Under the pieces are notes generated by a model that was not told where the DNA came from, did no database searches, and saw nothing but the letters and a program-made list of their open reading frames with translations. A DNA stretch of 64,000 bases from an uncultured Armatimonadetes bacterium (GTDB lineage Bacteria; Armatimonadota; Hebobacteria; Hebobacterales; Hebobacteraceae). The translations under genes and the position numbers were made by a program. The DNA lies in assembly GCA_963716175.1 (NCBI GenBank), contig OY970296.1, positions 128,001-192,000 on the forward strand, read 5' to 3'. This document shows, in pieces, positions 49,882 to 60,776 of this stretch; position 1 is the first letter of the stretch, and each line of letters begins with the position of its first letter.

Positions 49882-50739
49882 GTGAGTGATCCAGGCGAGC
49901 GAGAGGAGACAGGCCGAGTGGTGGTCACGGCCCTCGGCGTCCACTGGGTGCACGAGTTGGGCTACACCGTAGACCGGCCCCACGGGGTGAACGAGTATGT
50001 GCTGCTGCGGTTCTATAGCCCGATGTTGGTGCGCACTGCCGCTGGGCTGGTGCACGGGGAACCTGACGACTGCCTTCTCTACGCTCCAAGGTTCCCGCAG
50101 TGGTTCTCTGGGCGTGATGTAGGACATGCGGACGACCACATGCATATGGACGGCCCAGAGGTGCCTGAGCTCGTCAGTCGCTTCCGGTTGCCGGTGAACA
50201 GGCTCTTCCGGCCCCGCGAGGTTGACTTCATCCCGCCGATGATCACGGCGATCCGCCGAGAGCTGTACCGAAGGGAGCCGTTCTGGCAGCATTCTGTTCG
50301 GACGCTGGTTGAGACGCTGTTGCTGAGGCTCGGCCGGCTGGCGGACGAGCAGGAACGATCCGGCCTGACGCCGGCCGACCTGGCCCGCGCCGAGGTATTC
50401 CGGAGCATCCGCATGCAGGTTCACGAGCGGCTGGAGGAGCGGTGGACAGTGGCGAGCATGGCAGAGCTGGCCAATCTGAGCGTCTCTCGCTTCGGTGTGC
50501 TCTATAGGAAGCTCTTCGGCGTCAGTCCTATCGAGGATCTCATCGACGCGCGATTGGCCAGAGCGCGCGCGTTGCTGGCGAACGCAGCCCTGTCCGTTGG
50601 CGAGGCCGCGGCCGAAGCCGGCTTCAGGAACGTCTGCTACTTCAGCCGCCTGTTCCACCGTCGGGTGGGGAGCACCCCCAGAGACCACTACCGCCGCGAC
50701 CTGCCGGAACGCGACAGCACCAAGGCGGCGGGGCCGTAG
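49882..50739 (+). CDS. AraC-family regulator, close paralog of 18824..19651
   Basis: LLRFYSPMLVRT, VFRSIRMQVHERLEERW, YFSRLFHRRVGSTP; GGAG SD, GTG start. Confidence 0.92.
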   Translation: MSDPGEREETGRVVVTALGVHWVHELGYTVDRPHGVNEYVLLRFYSPMLVRTAAGLVHGEPDDCLLYAPRFPQWFSGRDVGHADDHMHMDGPEVPELVSRFRLPVNRLFRPREVDFIPPMITAIRRELYRREPFWQHSVRTLVETLLLRLGRLADEQERSGLTPADLARAEVFRSIRMQVHERLEERWTVASMAELANLSVSRFGVLYRKLFGVSPIEDLIDARLARARALLANAALSVGEAAAEAGFRNVCYFSRLFHRRVGSTPRDHYRRDLPERDSTKAAGP

Positions 50740-50906
50740 CTAGCTAGCGAAGCGGCATGCCGGTGCTGCTTGTCCGTGGCCACAGGTGAAATCGTGCGAC
50801 GCAGGATTCCAGAGGCCACGCTGAGCTGGTTTCACCAATCCAGGGCGGGTCGGTTCTGGACGCCGATGGTGGGTGAATTCCCGATGCCGACTGACAATCG
50901 CTCATG

Positions 50907-51038
50907 CTAGAAGCTGTTTCATAACCTTCCCAGGCAAGGTTATGAAACAGCACCGCACAACCTCAGGCCGCGGCCGGCGCATTTCATGCGAGGGCGTGGT
51001 GCGGCCAACCAGCAGGTAGGTTATGAAATGCGCGCTAC
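50907..51038 (+). repeat. 132-bp MITE-like element, family B copy 1
   Basis: CTAG..TTTCATAACCT terminal inverted repeats and internal hairpins; about 86% identical to the reverse complement of 52310..52441. Confidence 0.85.
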
Positions 51039-51043
51039 GTGCG

Positions 51044-51640
51044 CTAGCTCTTCTCTTGCGACTGCTTTTCCGCTAGCCAGGTATCGCGGGATGGGAGCTT
51101 GCCTTCCAACCCCTGATAGGGGGGCAATATGACTTCCGAAGGCTCGATCTTCCTCAAAGGTGGCTCTGTAAGCAGCGCGATGTTCTTTGGACCTCGGATG
51201 TCTAGTATTGCGCGTTCATGGGCAATCTGGTATTTCCGGTAAAACTCCTCGATCGACTCAACCAGTGCAATCGTTCCGAGCCTTTGCGATCTATCCCAGA
51301 AGTTGCAGCAAGGCACAAGCAGAGTGCGGGTATATAGAGCGCTCATCGCAATGGCACGGGTGGCCTGGTCTGGATGCACGCCCACTATCAGGTCATAGTA
51401 CGAGGCCTGATGCGGATCGAACTCCTCCTCTCTCCCGGGCACTCCTCTGATACGACAGCCGCGAGGGTCAACTACTTCGGCATCATAGCCAAGCCTGTTG
51501 CGAAGCAGCTTTGAAAGCATGCCCTGTCCGCCCGCAACATCGGCGATGTACTTCACCCCGCGGCCGTAGACCCGGGAGATAAGACCAGCGACTTCCGGGA
51601 ATCGCGCAGGGTCTCCGTGGAAATCGTACCTTGCACTCAT
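51044..51640 (-). CDS. Class I SAM-dependent methyltransferase-like protein
   Basis: IADVAGGQG motif I, VVDPR, VGVHPDQAT, LVPCC; visibly lower GC than neighbours. Confidence 0.65.
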   Translation of the reverse strand: MSARYDFHGDPARFPEVAGLISRVYGRGVKYIADVAGGQGMLSKLLRNRLGYDAEVVDPRGCRIRGVPGREEEFDPHQASYYDLIVGVHPDQATRAIAMSALYTRTLLVPCCNFWDRSQRLGTIALVESIEEFYRKYQIAHERAILDIRGPKNIALLTEPPLRKIEPSEVILPPYQGLEGKLPSRDTWLAEKQSQEKS

Positions 51641-51719
51641 CACCGCAATTCTAGCATGGATCGGAATGTGTGCGCATGTTAAGTTGGCGTGGGGCATCCA
51701 GGCTCACCTCCCACATCGC

Positions 51720-52020
51720 ACGAAGACCTAGAGCCGGCACCTGTTCGTGAGCGCCTGGAAGGGCCAACCCATCCATGGCCGCTGCATCAACCGCATGCTC
51801 AAGATCGCGATCCGCAAGGATGGCCCGGAGGGCCAAGGGATCACGCCCCACAAGCTCCGGCACACCTTCGCCACCCCACCTCATCCGCAACGGGGTGGAC
51901 ATTCGCACCGTACAGGAGCTGATGGGCCATTCCGAACTCGAGACTACAGCCAAGTACCTGCACTCGGATACGCGCACCAAGCAGGCCGCGGTGGGGAGGC
52001 TGGATGGATTGCTGGGCACC
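51720..52020 (+). pseudogene. Tyrosine recombinase (XerC/D-like) C-terminal remnant, frameshifted
   Basis: ITPHKLRHTFAT / HLIRNGVDIRTVQELMGHSELETTAKY (HxxR, H, Y catalytic residues); N-terminal half absent. Confidence 0.85.
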
Positions 52021-52023
52021 AAC

Positions 52024-52290
52024 TCAGCGGCAGAGCCATCGCAGCCGCCGGCGATAGAGAACCACGCCGATCCACGCCATGAACCCGCCCATTAGCATCA
52101 GCTTGGCCACGGCGATGAAGATCAGGTGCACCTCCGGGGATGGCCACCACGCATCTGGCATGAAGCGCAGCCTCCCCGCCATCCGAGCCACATACGCCGC
52201 CCAGCCTGCCATCAGCCAGGCCCACCAGATCAGCACCACCCAACCCAGCGAGAAGACGAGAGCATCGAGCCTCCGGTCAGCATCCTGCAT
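52024..52290 (-). CDS. Small two-TM membrane protein
   Basis: Strong SD GAGGAGGTGA; two hydrophobic helices; basic C-terminus. Confidence 0.65.
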   Translation of the reverse strand: MQDADRRLDALVFSLGWVVLIWWAWLMAGWAAYVARMAGRLRFMPDAWWPSPEVHLIFIAVAKLMLMGGFMAWIGVVLYRRRLRWLCR

Positions 52291-52309
52291 TCTGCTTCAC
52301 CTCCTCTCA

Positions 52310-52441
52310 CTAGAGTGCATTCCATGACCTACCTGCTGGCTGGCCGCACCACGCCCTCGCATGAAATGCGCCTGCCACTGCCTGACGTTGTGCAGTGCTC
52401 TTTCATAACCTCCTCTGGGAAGGCTATGAAACAGCTTCCAA
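52310..52441 (-). repeat. MITE-like element, family B copy 2 (inverted)
   Basis: Reverse-complement match to 50907..51038; begins CTAG. Confidence 0.85.
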
Positions 52442-52844
52442 TCATTCTAACACAGGCGGTGGCCTCCTGGCGCTGTCGGGTCAGGCCGTAGCTAGCCGCG
52501 CTCAATGCCGGCCACAGTGGGCCCAGATCGGCACTTCCGTTGTCACTTGCGGGCAATCTCTTCGCCGGCCAACACCCACAGAGTGCCTCACTGTGGATCT
52601 GACAGGCGCACAGGCGGCGAGCCCGGGGGCAGGCAGCAGATTGAGCGCATCGCCGATGGTGAAGGCCGGCGTTGACCGTGCTTCTGCTTAGTGCTACTAT
52701 CGAGCCAGCGCCAGCCTTTGGGCGTCCAAACCCTAACAAGGCCAGTTGGCTTTGCGGAGGAGGAAAGGAGGTAACAGAAGGCAGTTGTCTGCAGCAGCCA
52801 TCGCAGCCTCGGCTGCGCATTCCGTCTGGTGTGGAGGCGATGTG

Positions 52845-53786
<942 letters not shown>

Positions 53787-53833
53787 TCTGGGTCAGGCGG
53801 GCCCTAAGGGTTGATCTAGTATGAGTTGACTGA

Positions 53834-53871
53834 GAGCCGTGCGGAGCGCCTACTGGAGCTCCGCACGGCTC
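53834..53871 (+). terminator. 14-bp stem-loop after pilin copy 4 (stabiliser or terminator)
   Basis: GAGCCGTGCGGAGC-N10-GCTCCGCACGGCTC; no U-tract. Confidence 0.55.
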
Positions 53872-54060
53872 GATCTCAGCTATGGGGTGAAAGGACAAGG
53901 GGTGCCCCTTGGCCTTGCTGTTCCCGCGCGCAATCGGCCTGGGAGCGTGCGTCCGTGTCGGGCGCCCGTAGGACCGTGCTGAGCGGGCCGTGGACTCGCT
54001 CGGGCTGACTCGCTCCCAATCATCTGAGACTGGTTGTCTATGTTAGGTCGGGTTGGGACG

Positions 54061-54168
54061 CTGAGGATTACAGCGCCCGGCTACGTGCCGTACCGCGTGC
54101 TGCTGAGGACTGAGGACCCCGCGCTAGCGCCGTACCTCAAGCGCGTCACGTTGCGGTCAGGCAGCTAG
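54061..54168 (+). pseudogene. C-terminal remnant of a large secreted protein
   Basis: GYVPYRVLLRTEDPALAPYLKRVTL* resembles the YxQYRxxLxTxDPxxxPxLxxVxx terminal strand pair; no upstream domain. Confidence 0.4.
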
Positions 54169-54718
54169 GGGAAGGATGCCGAACCTGTCGCCGCCAGGTG
54201 TAGCGGAAATGGCTCAGCAGCAGAACATGCATGGTTCGATGCCCGAGCTCAGCGTCATCGCACGTCATGCACGCCGCCTACATGCCAAACCCATGGAGTG
54301 GGCCGATATCGGCACCTATGGGCCCACTGGCGACAGGACCTCGAGGCGAGGAGCTAGATGGGGCGCCGCTAGTCGGCGATCTGGCTGGATACGCCATAGG
54401 GCAATTTCCCGACAGCCCGAGGGAATCGCGTCGTCGCTACCGTCGGCGACGAAGTCAGCCCCACCGGGCATGGTTCTGATGGATCCGGAGGCGAGAACCA
54501 GTGGGCGCAGGCTGGCTAACGCTGTTCCAGTGGGCGTGCAGACCCGAACCTGGCACGCAGCAGATTCCACTGCAGACGAATCGTGATATACTGCGCGCGG
54601 CAGAAGGCCGCTCGGCGGGTGCAGATCATGTGAGGGCTACGGTCGTCTTACAGGTGGCCCGCGCCGAGCCCGCGTGGGCTCTCACCATCCCGTCTGCCGT
54701 GGGGGAAGAAAGCGGTCC

Positions 54719-55324
54719 ATGACTCCTCGAACTCGTCACTGCAGGGGTCAACGACTCCGCCCCGTCCCTGGCCTGGCATGGGCGCTTTGCGGAATGGTCT
54801 CGCTTTCGGCCTGGGCCGGGTCCGCGGGTCCTCTCGACACGCGGGCGCTCATCGCCCTCGCCCGCGCCGCCGTGGAATCGGAGGTGAGGTGCGGCAGCCC
54901 GCCGCACACCGCCGCTAAGACCCCTCCCCGGCCGGTCTTCGTCACCATCGAGAGGAAAGCGAAGGTGCTGGGCTGTCGCGGCGCTCTGGAATGCCGGACC
55001 CGCTCCCTCGAGGAAGAGGTGGTGCTGGCGGCGCGGGCGGCGGCCAGCCACGATCCCCGGTATCGTCCGCTGACGCAGCGCGATCTCGCGGATTTCCTGG
55101 TCACGGTCACCGTGGTCGAGCGCCTGGAACCGCTCGACCGCATCGAGTCTCTTGGACCCGCGGATGGTCTAGTGCTGAAGTCTGGCGGCCGGACGGGAGT
55201 GGTGCTGCCGTGGGAAGGAAAGGACCCCAAGGTCCGTCTGGAATGGGCCTACAAGAAGGCCGGGGTCCCTGTCGGGGCGGCCTGTGAGCTGTCCCGCATG
55301 AAGGCGGAAAGGATGCGCGGATGA
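54719..55324 (+). CDS. AMMECR1-domain protein with signal-like N-terminus
   Basis: PVFVTIE, VLGCRG (cf. LRGCIG), AASHDPRYRPL, GVVLP; ATGA overlap with next gene. Confidence 0.8.
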   Translation: MTPRTRHCRGQRLRPVPGLAWALCGMVSLSAWAGSAGPLDTRALIALARAAVESEVRCGSPPHTAAKTPPRPVFVTIERKAKVLGCRGALECRTRSLEEEVVLAARAAASHDPRYRPLTQRDLADFLVTVTVVERLEPLDRIESLGPADGLVLKSGGRTGVVLPWEGKDPKVRLEWAYKKAGVPVGAACELSRMKAERMRG

Positions 55325-58300
55325 AGCGAGGAGCCGCGGTATGGATGGTGCTGGGGCTGCTGGCCTCCACCGTGAGAGCGTGGGGGGCGACACCGCACAG
55401 GCAGGTGAGCATCTGGGTGGCGCGGGACGTAGCTCCGGGCCCCAAGGTGGGGCTCGCGCTCAATACCTGTAACGTGGCTACGCTGCGCCTGGCCGCCTAC
55501 CGGTTAGAGCCGACTTCGCTGCTGGTCGCGCGGGCTAAGGAGCCGGTTCGCCCGCCGACACCCCGGGCGCCGCTGCGCACCTGGACCGTCTCCATGGCTC
55601 GCAAAGGGGAGCCGCCTCCGCGGGGCGAGCGCGATATCTACCGGAGCAGGCGGGTCAATCTGCCCCCGTTGTCGCCGGGAGTCTACCTCATCACCGCCCA
55701 AGGTGACGGCACAGAGGTCGAGGTGCCAGGGTGGCGACCCTGGGCGGTGGTGAATGTCACCCACCTGGCGGTCGTGGTGAAGCGGTCCCCGAGCAAGGCG
55801 CTAACCTGGGTGTGCCACGCCCTCAGCGGCCTGCCCCTCGCGGGCGCCAGAGCGACCCTCTACGACCAGGACCAGAAGCCCATCGCCAGCGGTGTCACGC
55901 GCCGCGACGGCACCGTGGTGCTGGCAGCCAAGCCCGGCCCGTCCCAGACCATCCTGGTGGCCCGCGGGCGGGATGTGGCCGGTGTGCCCTGCGCCGTGAC
56001 CGGTTCCGACGGGGTGCTGAAGGCCCACTTCCAGACAGATCGGCCCATCTACCGGCCCGGCCAGACCGTGCTCTTCAAGGTCATCCTGCGCCGCACCCAA
56101 GGCCGAGGCTACCAGGCCCTGGCCAACACCGCGTGCCACCTGGAGGTGCGCGATCCCAAGGATAACGTCCTGTGGGAGAAGCAGGCGACGAGCAACGCGG
56201 TGGGCACGATCTCGGACGAGTTCGAAGTGCCGGCGGAAGGGCTTACCGGGCCGTACACTGCTGTTGTCACCGTTGGGGAGGACTCGGCTTACGAGACCTT
56301 CAGCGTGGCGGAGTATCGCAAGCCCGAGTTCAAGGTGAGCGCCGCGCCGGCGGCCAAGCGGTATCTGGCCGGCGAGGAGGCCGTCTTCGAGGCGCAGTGC
56401 GCCTACTACTTCGGCGCGCCGGTGCCGCAGGCCGAAGTGCGCTACCAAGTCCGGCGCGACACGACCCCGTACGGAACATATGACGAGCTGTCGGCCTGGT
56501 ACGCAAGCAGCGATGGTAACCTCTATCCCCGCGATACCTACGCGGCATCGCCCTTCGTCGCTGAGGGCACAGTGTATACCGATGACGCGGGAAAGGTGCG
56601 GATCCCGGTGAAGACGGACAAGGCCGCACCCGATTCCGTGTACCAGATCACCTGCACCGTGCAGGACCCCTCGCGGCGGCGAGTGCAGGCCACCGGAAGC
56701 GTCCCGGTGTATGCCGCGAGCCTGCGGCTGGCGCTGGAGACCGACGTGCTGGTGGCGCCGCTCGGCAGTGTCATCCCGCTGCGCGTGAAGGCGGCCGACC
56801 TGGACGGTAAGCCGGCGGCGGCGCGGGTGACGCTGATCGAGAAGCAGCCGGTGTGGATAGAGAAAGAAGGGCGGTATCGGTTCAAGGAACTGACCCGCAC
56901 CGAGGTCAGCATTCCGCCCACAGGCAGCGCCCGCGCGACCCTGCCCGCAGGGGCCGAAGACACAGTTCTCATCACGGCCACTGCGCCGGATCGGACCGGC
57001 CGCACGGCCTCGGCGGAGCTGTCGGTGTGGGTGGCCGGGCCCTTCGCGGAGGCGCAGGTCGCGGGGAAGGAGCCGCGACTCCAGCTGAGGCTGGACCGCA
57101 AGAGCTACAAGCCAGCGGACACCGTAACGGCCTGGGTCACCACCAGCGTCGCCAGTCGCCCGATCCTGATCACCGCGGAGGGTGGGGACCTGTGGCAGTA
57201 TGCGGTGCTCTCACCCAGAAGGAAGCCTATCGCCTGGCATCTGAAGACGAGCCTGGCGATGTCACCCAACGCCTACCTGTCTGCGGAGCAGTGGTCGCGC
57301 TCCCGTCTGCTGTCGTCCAGCGCGCTGGTGCCGCTGCCCGACCTCAGCCGGAAACTCACCGTAGAGGTAGCATCCGAGAAGCCGGCATATCGGCCGGGTG
57401 ATACCGCGCGGTACCTCCTCCGTACCACGGCGGAGAACGGCAGACCGGTTCCGGCGGAGGTGGCGATCACGGTGGTGGATGAAGCCATCTATGCTATGCG
57501 CCCTGATATGACGCGCGATCTCTATACGACGTACTGGGGCATCCGCGAGAACCGAGTTGTCACCAACCAGTCGGCGCCGGAAGAGCTGTCGGGGGGCGCC
57601 TATCAGCGGGTAAGCGCGATGGCGCCCGTGCGCGAGCGATTCCTCGATACCGCCTACTGGAACGCACAGGTCATGACCGGCGCAGACGGCGTCGCGACGG
57701 TCAGCTTCGAGCTGCCTGGCAACTTGACCACCTGGCGTGCCACCGGACGAGCGGTGACCGAAGACACCCGGGTGGGCACAGGGGAGGCTTCAGTACAAGT
57801 GTCGCGGCCGGTGATGCTGCGCCTGGCGACACCTCGGCAACTCGTCACCGGCGACCGTCTGGTGTTGATCGGCACGGTCAGCAACCGCACCGACGCGGCG
57901 CATGAGTTCGAGACCGCCATCTCCGCCCAAGGCGTGCGCGTGGAAGGCGGAACCACGAAGCGCGTCGCGGTTCCAGCCGGCGGCGAGGGAACGGTGTCCT
58001 GGACGATCGTCGCGGATGTCCTGCCCGAGAGCGGCGAGGCGCTGATCACGGGGCGAACACTCGCCACTGATGCGCCGCGGGATCGAGGCCCGGAGTTCTC
58101 CGACGCGCTGCGCCTCCCGGTCCGCGTGGTGCCGGCCGGAGTGGCCCAACGCGTTGTGGTTGCGGGTGTGCTCGCCAGGGAGACGACGGCCACGCTCGCC
58201 CTGCCGCCGGATCGCATCGAGCCGGCGACAACGGTGAAGGTGACCGTTCGCGCGGGTCTGAAGCAGACGGTTGATGAACTGGCGGCGAGGGTGATGGCTT

Positions 58301-59613
58301 CGGGGCGGTATGGAAGCCCGGGCGCGGCGGACAATCTTATCGCGGCCGCGATCCTGGGGCGCGAGGCGCCGGCTCGAGCCGCGCGTGAGTCGCTCGCGCT
58401 CCTCTCCCGGAGTCAGCTGAGCAACGGCGCCTGGGGCTGGTGGGAGCAGCAGCCGCCCGACGCCTTCATCACGGCCCGGGTCTTGCTAGCCCTGACCGAG
58501 GCCCACTCTGCCGGGATACCGGTTCCGGCCGCGATGCTCACCCGCGGCATCTCCGGGGCCACCCAGCTCTACAGCAACACCAATCTCTGGGAGCACCGCG
58601 CCCTGCTGGCATCTGCGGCGACGCTGGCCGGCGCTCCGAAGGCCTCGGACCTGCTGGCGGAGGTCCATCGGCGAGCCACCCATCTCTCGCCGTACGCCGA
58701 GCTTCTGCTGGCGCGCGCCTATGACAAGGCCGGCCAGAAGGAATGGGCGCAGGAGTCGGCAGCAAAGGCGCTGGAGGACACGGCAGCCGGCCCGCAGGCT
58801 GCCTACCTGCCCGCGGGCGAGCACCCTGGATGGTCGGCGGATACCGTGGAGACCACCGCGCAGGCGCTTTCGGCGCTGCTCGCGCTCTCCCGGGATGCGG
58901 CGCTCCAGGCCAAGCTGGCGCAGTGGCTGGCCGAGCCCGAAAGGGAGGCCTGGTGGTGCCAGGACCAGACCGCGGCGGCCGCGGCGGCGCTCGTGAGCTA
59001 CCTGCGCGAGCACCCACAGCCCGAGCGGCTGGGCGAGCTGGAGATCGTGTTCAACGGCAACCCGCTGGAAGCTTCGGCCCCGGCGGGGAAGCCGGCACAG
59101 GCCGTCGTGCCCCGGTCGCTGCTGCGGGAGAGCAACACTGTCACGTTGCACAGAAACGGTGACGGCGAAGCGTTCTTCTCCATAGAGGCGCAGGTATTCA
59201 GACCCGCGGAGGGCGCCACCGCCAATGGGGTCACGATCATGCGCCAGTACGAGGTGCGTAACGCGGCTGGGCTGTGGGACGAGGTGAGTGGGCCCATCAA
59301 GCCAGCCGAGCCCGTCCGCTGCACGGTGCTGGTGTGGCCTGACGATCGTCCCGACGCGCTCCGGGTGGCCGAGCCGATTCCGGCCGGATTCGAGTTCGTG
59401 GATTCGGAGCCCATAGACGGGGCGCGGGAGGAGGTCCGGGATGGGGCCGTTATCCACTACCTGCTCGCGAACGGTAAGCCCGTGTACTTCCCGTACTACC
59501 TGCGGGCTGAGTCAGACGGAAGCGTGCTCGCCCTCCCCAGCCTGGCCGAGGCGCTGCGGCGACCCGCGGTGCGCGGGACTACGGGCGTCCTGAAGATCGA
59601 GGTGAAGGGATAG
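55321..59613 (+). CDS. Bacterial alpha-2-macroglobulin family protein lacking the thioester motif
   Basis: Signal peptide; TDRPIYRPGQTV (MG2), EYRKPEFKV, VRERFLDTAYW, LPGNLTTWR, QLSNGAWGWW; YGSPGAA where YGCxEQ is expected. Confidence 0.9.
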   Translation: MKRGAAVWMVLGLLASTVRAWGATPHRQVSIWVARDVAPGPKVGLALNTCNVATLRLAAYRLEPTSLLVARAKEPVRPPTPRAPLRTWTVSMARKGEPPPRGERDIYRSRRVNLPPLSPGVYLITAQGDGTEVEVPGWRPWAVVNVTHLAVVVKRSPSKALTWVCHALSGLPLAGARATLYDQDQKPIASGVTRRDGTVVLAAKPGPSQTILVARGRDVAGVPCAVTGSDGVLKAHFQTDRPIYRPGQTVLFKVILRRTQGRGYQALANTACHLEVRDPKDNVLWEKQATSNAVGTISDEFEVPAEGLTGPYTAVVTVGEDSAYETFSVAEYRKPEFKVSAAPAAKRYLAGEEAVFEAQCAYYFGAPVPQAEVRYQVRRDTTPYGTYDELSAWYASSDGNLYPRDTYAASPFVAEGTVYTDDAGKVRIPVKTDKAAPDSVYQITCTVQDPSRRRVQATGSVPVYAASLRLALETDVLVAPLGSVIPLRVKAADLDGKPAAARVTLIEKQPVWIEKEGRYRFKELTRTEVSIPPTGSARATLPAGAEDTVLITATAPDRTGRTASAELSVWVAGPFAEAQVAGKEPRLQLRLDRKSYKPADTVTAWVTTSVASRPILITAEGGDLWQYAVLSPRRKPIAWHLKTSLAMSPNAYLSAEQWSRSRLLSSSALVPLPDLSRKLTVEVASEKPAYRPGDTARYLLRTTAENGRPVPAEVAITVVDEAIYAMRPDMTRDLYTTYWGIRENRVVTNQSAPEELSGGAYQRVSAMAPVRERFLDTAYWNAQVMTGADGVATVSFELPGNLTTWRATGRAVTEDTRVGTGEASVQVSRPVMLRLATPRQLVTGDRLVLIGTVSNRTDAAHEFETAISAQGVRVEGGTTKRVAVPAGGEGTVSWTIVADVLPESGEALITGRTLATDAPRDRGPEFSDALRLPVRVVPAGVAQRVVVAGVLARETTATLALPPDRIEPATTVKVTVRAGLKQTVDELAARVMASGRYGSPGAADNLIAAAILGREAPARAARESLALLSRSQLSNGAWGWWEQQPPDAFITARVLLALTEAHSAGIPVPAAMLTRGISGATQLYSNTNLWEHRALLASAATLAGAPKASDLLAEVHRRATHLSPYAELLLARAYDKAGQKEWAQESAAKALEDTAAGPQAAYLPAGEHPGWSADTVETTAQALSALLALSRDAALQAKLAQWLAEPEREAWWCQDQTAAAAAALVSYLREHPQPERLGELEIVFNGNPLEASAPAGKPAQAVVPRSLLRESNTVTLHRNGDGEAFFSIEAQVFRPAEGATANGVTIMRQYEVRNAAGLWDEVSGPIKPAEPVRCTVLVWPDDRPDALRVAEPIPAGFEFVDSEPIDGAREEVRDGAVIHYLLANGKPVYFPYYLRAESDGSVLALPSLAEALRRPAVRGTTGVLKIEVKG

Positions 59614-59614
59614 C

Positions 59615-60632
59615 ATGAAGCGCGGTCTGACCTTACCTGTGCTGGCTGCTCTCGCGGCCCTGGTCGCGGTTCGACCTGCAGTGGCCCTGTCGGAACCGGG
59701 CGGGAGAATGCAGCCCTTCATCCTCCCACAGTCGGATGGGTCATCCTTCCGCTGGCAGCCGGGCACAGTGACGGTGTTCACCTTCTGCGCCTTCTGGTGC
59801 GATACCTGGAAGACGCAGAGCGAAAGTCTGGCCGCGGCGAGCAAGGCGCTGCACGGCCTTCCGGTTTCCTTCATCACCATCTCCGTGGATGATCGCTGGA
59901 GTGAGCGGGCGCGCGGGAAGATCACCGGCACGCTGCTGGCGGACCCGGGCAGCGCTTTCTCGAGGTCGCTCGGGATCGACGGCATCCCGTATCTCCTGCT
60001 AGTTGATGGGGAAGGCCGCATTCGCGAAGCGACGCGCGGTGTCACCCGCGCGGTCAACGATCGAGCAGGCGGTGCGCGGCCTGCTGGAGGGAGAGCCGGC
60101 GCCGCGTGAAGCGGTGGTCTACCTGGTGTTCGACGACTTCCCTTCTCAGGCCGGGGGCGCCACCACCGATCTCGACGACCGCTTGCTAGACGGGCTTCGG
60201 AGCGCGCAGGCGAAGGCCACCTTCTTCTGTCGTGGCGACCACATCGCCGGGAGTGCGGAGGTGGTGCGGCGCGCAGCGCGCGAGGGGCACTCGCTGCAGA
60301 TCCATTCCTGGGACCATCGTGCCGACCGGCCGCTGCTCGCGCGCTGCGTGCAGATGCTGCAAGAGACCGCGGCCGTCACGCCTACCCTGTACCATCCGCC
60401 GGGGAGCGCCCGATTCCAGCGCCTCGGGGGCGAACCACTCGCCCTCGCCGTGGTTAACCCATACGACTACCTCCGGCCCGGTGCTTCGGAACTTGTGCGG
60501 CGGGTGGTGCTGGCCGCGAAGCCGGGAAGCGTGATCCTGCTGCACGCGGGCGTCTCGGAAACGGTCGAGGTGCTGCCGGAGATCATCCGCGCGCTGCGCG
60601 CCCGTGGCTTTGAGTTCGGCGTTCTGGAGTAG
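59615..60632 (+). CDS. TlpA/redoxin-like domain fused to NodB polysaccharide deacetylase; +1 frameshift near 60052
   Basis: FCAFWCDTW, TISVD, GIPYLLLVDGEGRI, then YLVFDDFP, ATFF, HSWDH, VILLH. Deleting one G gives TRASTIEQAVRGLLE. Confidence 0.78.
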
Positions 60633-60776
60633 CCTCGCCCGTTGCGAGGCCCGAGCCGGAACCACCTGCGTGTGTTGGCCGCCCGTGGTGCTGCCATTGT
60701 GGGCCGAGAACAGCGCTTGCAGCCCAGTACCCAGCCACGAGGTACCTCGCGGAAGTGGTGCCCCGCACCTAGGGTG

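Noticed and set aside
54176-54586. ORFs between pilin copy 4 and the AMMECR1 gene
   Set aside because: No recognisable motifs or consistent coding frame; possibly decayed sequence.
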